Assembly: GCF_000142905.1 (NCBI RefSeq)
Contig: NW_013657638.1
Location: 119,826 to 149,271 of the forward strand
Length of the DNA stretch: 29,446 nucleotides
Direction of reading: 5' to 3'
Source of the DNA: Thecamonas trahens ATCC 50062
Lineage: Eukaryota > Protista > Apusomonadida
Under the pieces are notes generated by a model. That model saw only the letters and a program-made list of their open reading frames with translations, did not search any database and was not told where the DNA came from. Positions 1 to 8,400 of the stretch are shown here, one piece after another. Within the stretch, counting starts at the first letter, position 1, and each line of letters opens with the position of its first letter. The position numbers were made by a program, and so were the translations under genes.

Positions 1-715
1 CACTCCGAGGTACACAGGCGTGTGTATGCACAGAGATTGGCTGATGAGGGTACAAGTTGTGACGTACATTCATGCCGATGTGGAGTCAAGTGTACGGTGT
101 TCAGCTGTGACATTGAGCAACGTTTGTTGGCCTTGCTGCCATTCGTGTGGGTTTGTACTTTGGAATTGGAGACAAAGTCGGTGGCCGGTTTGGCTGAGGA
201 GCTGTGGAACATGCACCATATCTAGCGAGGCATACATGCCATTGTGCTGCGTACGACATACTTGCAACAAACGTGTTATTGCAGCGCAGCCAGTACCATC
301 CCAGAGCTCTGTGGATGTTCTCTGTACAGCGACCGGGCTGTGCGGGCCAACAGCGGCCCACAGTGAAAGAAAAATTGTGCTGATTGATCCACAACTTGCC
401 GTTTGTGGAAAAACGTTTGGACTCGCATATTGCGAGAAGGAGAGCAAGCGGTCACTAGCCGAACCGCAAGAGCGAGCCGCAGAACATGTGAGATCCAACC
501 AGTTTACAGGCGTTAGTGTAGTTCTGTCTGAACTGTACCCGAGTCGTGGTTTACACGCACCATGTCGCCCGAAAAAAACTGGCGAGCTGGAAGCGGCACA
601 AATGCCCGCCCGCCTTACCCGGTGAGCGGCGACTCCGGCTGGGCGACGGCCGCGGTCGGCGCCGGCCACCGTGCAAACGAGCGACAAACACCCCACCTTC
701 CACCCGTCACACCCC

Positions 716-1084
716 ATGTCGCACGCCGACGTACATGAGCTTCTGACCGAGACCAACACTCGGTTTGCCACGCTTGCTTCTGCAGTGGCGCGCGACCCGC
801 CCACGCCGGTCCAGCCGGGCTTCTATGCAGAGACAGCCGAGGACTTTCTCCTCGCGGCCAAGGCTATGGAGACCGCCTTCCGAGCCATTGCCCGCGAGTA
901 TGGCGCCCATGCTGCAGCTCCAACCGAGGATCCTGCCCAGGCTGCTCAGCAGAAGGCCCACGGACTCAGCGATCACCTTGCCGATGCGCTGCATGCTGTC
1001 GAAGGCTGGGACAGGGTTCTTGCCGACATCGAGAGCGATCTCGTTGCCGTCTTTGCCCAGGATGCCGCCATGCCTGATCTGTGA
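716..1084 (+). CDS. Small helical protein, probable Mediator subunit Med28-like (122 aa)
   Basis: ATG at 716 follows a C/A-rich tract and the codons are GC3-rich. 'AEDFLLAAKAMETAF...DHLADALHAVEGWDRVLADI' resembles metazoan Med28 'QKFLDIARQTECFF...QKHLTKLRHWQQVLEDI' (recalled, not searched). Confidence 0.6.
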   Translation: MSHADVHELLTETNTRFATLASAVARDPPTPVQPGFYAETAEDFLLAAKAMETAFRAIAREYGAHAAAPTEDPAQAAQQKAHGLSDHLADALHAVEGWDRVLADIESDLVAVFAQDAAMPDL

Positions 1085-1152
1085 CACTCTTGCCGTGGCC
1101 CTGCCCTGGTCGCCGTCCCATGCTGTGCCTCCCACGCCCTACCGAGTCACGT

Positions 1153-2076
1153 TTATTCCCACGAGTCAGAGTCGAGGGAGGTGAACACGCCGGTGCTGTC
1201 ACCCTCGCTCGACATGTCGTCGTCCGACGCTCCCAATGTCGACGACGAGTGCCACTCGGAACTCTCGTCCGAGACAAAAGTGCTTCCGGCGTCGAGGGCG
1301 AGCCCGATGCGGACGACCTCGTCGCTGGCGAGCACGACCTCGCACGGCTGCCGGACAGACATGTCGCTGGCAAACATGCCGCGCCCGCGGACCTCCTTGA
1401 TCGTGAACGCGTTGTTTGCAAGCCGGAGCCGCTGCAGCCGCGGCGCAGACTCGAGCGCGCGTGCAAGCGCCCCGGCGCCCAACACACCCACCTGCGCGCG
1501 CTCGAGCTCTAGGACACAGAGCGCACCGGCGTTGTGCAGCTCGCTGGCGATGACCACTGCTCCGGCGTCGTCGACTTTGTTGCGGCTGAGCGAGAGGCGT
1601 GCCATCGCCGAGTGGCCCGCTCCGATCGCCTCCATCAGCGCCCGCACGCCCTCGGCGCCCGAAATCCGGTTTCCGCACAGCGAGAGCCGTGTCACCAGCG
1701 AGTTGTGCCGGAGGCCGCTGGCAAGCGCCACCAGGCCCTTGTTCTGCATCCCGGTCTTGGCCATCNNNNNNNNNNNNNNNNNNNNNNNNNNNNNNNNNNN
1801 NNNNNNNNNNNNNNNNNNNNNNNNNNNNNNNNNNNNNNNNNNNNNNNNNNNNNNNNNNNNNNNNNNNNNNNNNNNNNNNNNNNNNNNNNNNNNNNNNNNN
1901 NNNNNNNNNNNNNNNNNNNNNNNNNNNNNNNNNNNNNNNNNNNNNNNNNNNNNNNNNNNNNNNNNNNNNNNNNNNNNNNNNNNNNNNNNNNNNNNNNNNN
2001 NNNNNNNNNNNNNNNNNNNNNNNNNNNNNNNNNNNNNNNNNNNNNNNNNNNNNNNNNNCATGACTGTGTCCATCAT
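1153..2076 (-). CDS. Leucine-rich repeat protein (ribonuclease-inhibitor/RanGAP-type LRRs) with acidic Ser-rich tail; interrupted by assembly gap
   Basis: Repeats LxxLxLxxNxI: 'VTRLSLCGNRISGAEG', 'MARLSLSRNKVDDAG', 'LCVLELERAQVGVLG', 'LQRLRLANNAF'. The start (MMDTVM at 2076) is tentative because the frame across the N gap is unknown. Confidence 0.75.
   Translation of the reverse strand: MMDTVMXXXXXXXXXXXXXXXXXXXXXXXXXXXXXXXXXXXXXXXXXXXXXXXXXXXXXXXXXXXXXXXXXXXXXXXXXXXXXXXXXXXXXXXXXXXXXXXXXXMAKTGMQNKGLVALASGLRHNSLVTRLSLCGNRISGAEGVRALMEAIGAGHSAMARLSLSRNKVDDAGAVVIASELHNAGALCVLELERAQVGVLGAGALARALESAPRLQRLRLANNAFTIKEVRGRGMFASDMSVRQPCEVVLASDEVVRIGLALDAGSTFVSDESSEWHSSSTLGASDDDMSSEGDSTGVFTSLDSDSWE
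1766..2058. other. Assembly gap (293 N)
   Basis: Run of N. Confidence 1.
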
Positions 2077-2120
2077 GATCACTCCTCCCCTGTCCCCCCC
2101 CACACATACACCCCTCAGCC

Positions 2121-3221
2121 ATGTTCCCTCCGGGTGTCATAGGGGGTGGCATTGACGATAATGCGGCACTCTCTGCTGACTTGTACCTCACAGATGAAGC
2201 ACAGGTCGCTCGCTCAACACAGACGCTCTACCCAGGCATGTGGGTGGCGGTGACCCTGCAGACAGCGGAGGCTGGCTCGACGACGACGACGACGATGGCG
2301 GCCGGTGGCTGCAGCGCGACGGGCATGGTCACTGGAAGCAGCTCGACGATGACGATGGCATGCACAGAGCTTGCCGAAAATGATCCGCCGTGCCTCCTGG
2401 GTCAGATCTCGGCTGTCGAAGCCAACCAGTGCGCGGCGCTGGCTTCGCTGGCTGCCGCGCCCATGTCACCGCCGCATCCGCTGCTCGATGGATGGGGTGA
2501 GATGGACGCTCAGCTGGTTCGCCACGCCCCGGGCGGGCGCTGGCTCCTTGCCTCACTCCGCCCGGCCTCGCATGCCTCGACTGCTGCCGCCAGTCGCAAA
2601 CGGGCAAAGACTGCTGCCGCGCCATCGCCCGGCTGCATGGCCCTCGTCTCGTCCACTGAGGGCGCGCCGGCATCCACCAGCCGCAGCGACAGCGCGTACC
2701 CCAAGGCTCTGAGCCTCAAAGAGGCCGGCAACACTGCTTACGGCCACGGAAGCTATCAGGACGCTGCTATCGCATACACCCGCGCGCTTGCGCTCCTCTC
2801 CGACACCATCGAGCACCTCCCACTCCGCGCCATCGCTTACAACAACCGCGCGGCTGCCTTTATCCAGCTGTATCAGTTTGATCAGGCCCGCGCAGACGCC
2901 GAGGCTGTCCTTCGTATCGATGCCACTAACCCCAAGGCGCTCTGGCGCCACGGCATCGCCTGTGAGTTCTCCGGCGACTTGCATGCTGCGCTCGACTCGT
3001 ACGCCGCCGTGGCGTCGACGCTCCCGAGCCACCCACACGTCCACGACGCCGTCGCACGCGTCCAGTCGCGTCTTCAGCCGCCGTCCGGCCGCGCGCCCAC
3101 CCCGCCGGCCGGCCCTGTCTCCATGGAGCTCACCTCGCCGCCGCCGGGAGCGACCTCGATGCTTGCGCCCAAGCATTCGCGAAAGCGCCGCTTCGACGAC
3201 CTCGACATGGACACCCTCTAG
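2121..3221 (+). CDS. TPR-domain protein (3 TPR motifs, co-chaperone-like clamp) with basic NLS-like motifs
   Basis: 'ALSLKEAGNTAYGHGSYQDAAIAYTRAL...IAYNNRAAAFIQLYQFDQARADAEAVLRIDATNPKALWRHG' is a typical TPR triplet; RKRAK and RKRR motifs are present. Confidence 0.85.
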   Translation: MFPPGVIGGGIDDNAALSADLYLTDEAQVARSTQTLYPGMWVAVTLQTAEAGSTTTTTMAAGGCSATGMVTGSSSTMTMACTELAENDPPCLLGQISAVEANQCAALASLAAAPMSPPHPLLDGWGEMDAQLVRHAPGGRWLLASLRPASHASTAAASRKRAKTAAAPSPGCMALVSSTEGAPASTSRSDSAYPKALSLKEAGNTAYGHGSYQDAAIAYTRALALLSDTIEHLPLRAIAYNNRAAAFIQLYQFDQARADAEAVLRIDATNPKALWRHGIACEFSGDLHAALDSYAAVASTLPSHPHVHDAVARVQSRLQPPSGRAPTPPAGPVSMELTSPPPGATSMLAPKHSRKRRFDDLDMDTL

Positions 3222-5272
3222 CTTGTTGCCAGCTCGCCAAGCAGCGCCACTCGCGCGCTCCACTCAGCCGCGTTGCGATGGCTCAGCTCGCGTGTCGCTG
3301 CCGCCTGTCGCACTGCGCGCGCAAGAGCTCCGCTCTCGTCGCTACGAACCCACGCAACGCCTGCCGCCGCCGCTGCCTCGCTCTCATGCAGTGCCAGTCG
3401 CTGCGCCAGGAGCATTGCCGCTGCATCGACTGGCGCCGTGGCAGCCGCCAGCGCGTTAGCAGCACGTGCTGTCAGGCGGCCGTCGTCAACACACAGAGCC
3501 GCCTTGGTCAACAGGCGGTAGACCTTGGTCGGCAGCGCCTCGCCGCTCGCCGCAGCAGCATCAAGTCCCTGCAGCACCAGTCCGAATGCGCGTGCCGAGC
3601 TGGGATCTGCCACTAGCGTCGCCAGCGCAGTCTCGAGCGGCATCTGTGCCACGCTCGCCGACAGCGCTTCACAGACGCTAGGTGTCGCTGCCGCCGCAAG
3701 CAGTGGAAGCCCCGAGCGAACCGTTGCTACACCCGCGCTTGCATCAGCCGCCGCCGCAAACAACGCCACCGCATCCGGCGTCGCGCTGTTGAGCAGCGTG
3801 GCAAAGTGCGTCACAGCCTGTGGTCCGAGCACAAACTCGGCCGCAGCCTCGCTGCCCAACATGACCTGCCACGCTGCGCTGCCGCGCTCGTCTGCAAGCG
3901 CAAGCACGCCTCCGGCAAAGTGGCGCACAAACCACTGCGCAGAGGCACACGCGCCACACAGCTGGGCAAGCACCTTGTCCAGTGCAACCTCGACGCTGAG
4001 ATCAAGCACGTCCGGAACAGAGAGCAGGCTCGACTCGCCACCCGCAAATGCATCAAGAACCTTGGCCAGCGGCTGCGTCCGCCCGTGCCGCGCCGCATTG
4101 AGCGCCACAACGTTAAACACCGCTCGGCCACATGCCGGCGCCACGCCGAGCGCAACGTACCGGTCAAGAAGTGCAAGCACAGCATCCACCTTGCTCCCAA
4201 GGCTGTCAATCCGCGCCGCAAGCAGCGACGCAAGCGTCTCGCGCCCGCACAGAGTATCCAGCCACACCAACGCCCCGCGCGGCGCATGCGGTGCTGCAGC
4301 CTCGCTCAGCAACGCATCCACGCCCTCGGGGCTCGAGCTCAGTGCGTCAGCAAGCTGTCCCATCGGATCAAACGCTGCACTCTCCTTGCCCGGTACCTCG
4401 ACCAACGCGCGCACCACGTGGCCGGCAACCTCCGGCTGGCCGGCAATGAGACTCGCCAGCGCGGCCTCGACTCGCCCGGATCCGTCCCAGCCGAGGCTCC
4501 GCAGCGCGTGGCCAACATCGTCGAGAAAGTACGGCGACGACTGCAGCGCCGCCGCGGCCTCGCCGGCAAGCAGCTGATCGACCACCGCGGCACCAACCTT
4601 GGCAGCCAGTCCCTTGGCACGCTTTTCTGGGCGATCCCCGCTTGCGCCACTGCCCGTCCGCCGGCGCTTACCACCAGGCGCAGCCTCGGCTTCGTCCATT
4701 ATTGGCGCAATGCCGCTCCCGCCGTCGCCACCAGCACCATCTTCGCACCGAGCCTGTGGCGCGGCCATGGCCCGCCGGATGATCGCCATCACCGCCACGG
4801 CCTCGTCGTGGACGCCCGGGGCGGAGCTTGCCAGGCTCAAGAGCCAGCGAGAGAGGCGCGCAGCGTGGGCGCGTGGTGCTGACCGCGGGCCACCAGCGCC
4901 AGCCCCCGCAGCCGCGTCCATGGCCACCAATAGGACCGAGGAGAGCAGGGCGCGGAACAGCGGACGGGCGGCGGCAGCGTTGGCAGTGACGTCGGGAGCG
5001 CACGCGGCGGCGTAAAGGCTCCCGAGCGCCTTCCACACGGCCTCGTCGGCAAGGGCGTCGGCGTGGGCAGCCACCACAGCGTCGCGCCCCGCCAAGCTGT
5101 GGGCCATGGCCAGCGCTGCCGTCTTGCCCTTGGCCGTCGCCACCGCCGTCACCGCCGCAAGCGCTGCCGCACGGGCCTCGGCAGGGCTCGTCGTCCGCTC
5201 CCGTGCCAGCTGAAGCGCCCGCGAGAGTGCAAGGGGCTCTCCGTCGAGATGGGCCGCCAACTTCTTGCTCAT
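3218..5272 (-). CDS. Hypothetical Ala/Leu-rich alpha-helical protein (684 aa), possible solenoid, bipartite NLS-like motif
   Basis: 2-kb ORF with a good ATG context (gccATG), amphipathic helical patterning and 'KRRRTGSGASGDRPEKRAK'. No family recognised. Confidence 0.75.
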   Translation of the reverse strand: MSKKLAAHLDGEPLALSRALQLARERTTSPAEARAAALAAVTAVATAKGKTAALAMAHSLAGRDAVVAAHADALADEAVWKALGSLYAAACAPDVTANAAAARPLFRALLSSVLLVAMDAAAGAGAGGPRSAPRAHAARLSRWLLSLASSAPGVHDEAVAVMAIIRRAMAAPQARCEDGAGGDGGSGIAPIMDEAEAAPGGKRRRTGSGASGDRPEKRAKGLAAKVGAAVVDQLLAGEAAAALQSSPYFLDDVGHALRSLGWDGSGRVEAALASLIAGQPEVAGHVVRALVEVPGKESAAFDPMGQLADALSSSPEGVDALLSEAAAPHAPRGALVWLDTLCGRETLASLLAARIDSLGSKVDAVLALLDRYVALGVAPACGRAVFNVVALNAARHGRTQPLAKVLDAFAGGESSLLSVPDVLDLSVEVALDKVLAQLCGACASAQWFVRHFAGGVLALADERGSAAWQVMLGSEAAAEFVLGPQAVTHFATLLNSATPDAVALFAAAADASAGVATVRSGLPLLAAAATPSVCEALSASVAQMPLETALATLVADPSSARAFGLVLQGLDAAAASGEALPTKVYRLLTKAALCVDDGRLTARAANALAAATAPVDAAAMLLAQRLALHESEAAAAAGVAWVRSDESGALARAVRQAAATRELSHRNAAEWSARVALLGELATS

Positions 5273-5410
5273 GGCCTGCCGGGGGAGAAGAGTGACAAGT
5301 CTGCCGTCGAGTCGAGACCACCCGACCGACTGCTGTCACCCGCCCCCCCCCCTCCGCCCCTGTCTCCCCCCCCCCCTCCCCGGGTTCGAGGCATGTCGGC
5401 TTTATCGACT

Positions 5411-8400
5411 CTACATCTGCGCCACAAACTTGGGATACCACTCGGACTCCATGACGCTGAAAACTCGACCTTGCTCTGCGTTGAAGAGCTCGCGTGGTGG
5501 CGGCGAGTTGCTGCCTACCTTGTCCAGAAGCTTAGCTGCAGTCTCCTCGGGTACGACACGCGAGCGGTACTCGGAGATCATCGCCCGTGCCTTGCGCTCA
5601 GAGTCGGCTGCAGTAGTCAGCCGCTTGTAAAAGCCGGCATCGAGATAGAACCGGAGCAGCGCGTCCGCGCCTTGGCCGGCCAAGAACCGCAGGAACTGCC
5701 GCACACCCTCGGGTGAGACCAGCAGGTTGTACAGCGGTGACCGAGCCTCGCGTGTGGGCGCCGACGCGCTTGGCGACGACGGCGCGCCGCGGGTCTCGGT
5801 GGCTGGACGCTCCTTGGAGCCAGTCCTCGCCTTGGCCTTGGCCTTGGCTTTGGCCTTGGCCTTGGCCTTGGCCTTGGCCTTGGCCTTGGCTTTGGCCTTG
5901 GCCTTGGCCATGGCTGCGGCGCGTGCCCGGGCCTTAGCACGCTCGGCTGCCTTGGCCTCCTCTGCAGCGGCAGCAGCGGCAGCAGCGGCAGCAGCGGCAG
6001 CAGCGGCGGCAGCGGCACGCTCCTTGGCAGGCGACGGTGGGGCTGGCGGCGCAGGGCGGACAGCATCCATTTCCACCGACCGGTAGAGGGTGCCGGGCGG
6101 GAGGCCCCATGCAGCTGCCGGGCGGCACTCGTAGTAGATGTGGCACCCGACGTCGGCGGCAGTGAGCGTGTAGCTGCTGCCCGGAACTGGAAGCACGTCG
6201 CGCGAGCCGTCGGGACGGAGCCGGATCCAGCGAAAGTCGAGCGGCACATCATCGCCAGACTCAAAGACCCGGACAACGTTGAGGGTGTGGCCCTCTTCAG
6301 CCTCGCCGGTCAGGTAGAGTTCGACCAGTCGATTCGACGGTGGCGGCGGCGACGGCAGCGACATCGCCGACTCGGACATCGAGTCGGCCGAGATGTTGAG
6401 CGACGAGATCGACTCGAGTGGCCGCGGTGGGAGCGCCACGCCAAGCGCCACCATGTGCTCCTCAATGGTAGCAACAAGCGAGGCCTGCGCCGACCGCGGC
6501 AGGCCGTGCGCAGCCGCAAAGTCTCCAGCAACCTCTGCCGGCAGGTCACCCTCATGAACGGTAATCCGATGCGAGACGCCCGGCGCCACAAAGGCGTCAA
6601 GTGCAAAGAGAACCGGTGCACGTTTGCGCCGCGCCCGCCGCCGCGCTCGCGCAGCAGCAGCGTCGAGCTCGGCCGCGCGAGCTGGCGAGACGGGCGCCGG
6701 TGGGGGGGCAAGCGGCAGCGAGCCGTTGAGTCCCGGGTCGGCGCACGTGTCCATCGGCGTCGGGTCGGCCCACCGCGAGTCAACCTGCCCGCGCTGCGAC
6801 GCCCGCAGTGACGCGCCGCGCCGCAGTCGGATCACTGCATCGGCGTAGCCAGGCGGGAGGTCGTCAGCAGTCAGCTCGTCTAGCGTCAGTCGCGATGTGT
6901 CATGGTACGAGGACCGAGTTGACGCCGCCAGTGACGCAGAACGCAGCGACTTTGGCCGCTTCCGTGAAATCGACAGGTCCGGCCGCCACGTTGCCTCCTC
7001 GCCATTCATGTCAAGAACCGGCGCGTCGGCGGCAGCAGCCTCGGCGGCAGCTGCAACCTCGTCGGCCCGCAGTCGCGCCACCGTCGCCGACGTCAGACTG
7101 TGGTACAGTCGATCGTGGACAGGCTGGCTCCCGCCACCGACAGACGCGCGGCGGCGGGTGGCCAGCCGCAGCGAGCGCGCATTGATTTGCGGCTGAAACA
7201 GCTTGCCGCCACCCTCGCGCTTCGGTACATTCGCCGCCGCCCGCTCGGCGGCCTTGATCTGTGCCGCCCGCGATGCGTCGTACAGCCGCTCATGCCGCGA
7301 AGCCACCGAGCCGCGCTCTTTGTCCATAGCCACCGAGTGCTTGCAGAGCTCAGGCTGGAACTTGAGCTGCTTGTCAACCTCAGCTCGGATCTTGGCCTTG
7401 CGCCGGTGGGTCATGTACCCGGTCAGCGGCGTCACCGTTCCGCGGTGGCTCTGGATGTAGCTGCGGAGCGTGGCGGCAATGCCGCCGAGGTCCACGGGCC
7501 CGGGGCTCGACCCGCCGCTTCTTCCGACCATCGACGTTCCGGCGCGGAGCTTGTCCAGTGGGTCGGGCGAGAGGACCGACGATGCTGCCAGCCGCGAGTA
7601 CGACATCGAGTTTGGCGGGAGCGAGTCATCGAGCTCAGGTTCGGCGTCGTCGCTGCCCGGCGGAACCCGGGTGCCATCAAAGACGAGGTGGAGCAAGTTA
7701 CAGATGCGGACAAACGAGATTGATCCCGTCTGAGCTGGGTCCAGCAGCGCCACGATCTCGTCGACAAGCGCCGGCTCGTCGGGGAAGCCCGGCTCGTCGG
7801 TGTGGAGCGAGGCCATGATCTGGTCGTCGGTGCCGACGTCCCACGGCGACGTCCGGCGCCTGGCAGACTTTGGCGGGCGGAGGACTCCGACGAGCCGGAG
7901 CGCGGCAACCAGGCGTGGCGGAGTGAGGAACGGTGCATCAAACTCGGCCAGCCGCGCACAGAGGAACTTCCACTCGCGGTCGTTCTTGGCAAAGACGGCA
8001 GCGGCCGAGTCGACGTTGACAATCCGCGCATTCGCCTCCATGTACCGTTGCAGATCAGCACGTTGCTCACGGGCGAGCTGGCGCGACTGGCGGTCAAAGG
8101 CCAACTTGTACAGATGCTCGCCGATGTGGGCGCCCGAGTCGGAGCCATGCTGCGACGCAGCGCGGGCCTTGGCCGAGCTCGAAATGCCCGACGAAATCCG
8201 AGTGTTAGGCACGGCTTCAGCGGCTGCCTTCATCCGCAGCTCATAGTCGAGCTGCTTGCGGCGAAGCTCGCGCTTTTCGGCGTCGGCATAGAGCCGCTCG
8301 TGGAACGGCTCCTCGGGAACGAGCGACGCCGAGTACATCGAGATCTGCGGGTGATGCGGGCAGTCGAGCTGGTGGTTGCGCGCCTCCTCGGCCTTGCGCA

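Noticed and set aside
20-804. ORFs 20..625 (+) and 70..804 (-)
   Set aside because: No codon bias or recognisable motifs, and non-ATG or overlapping starts.
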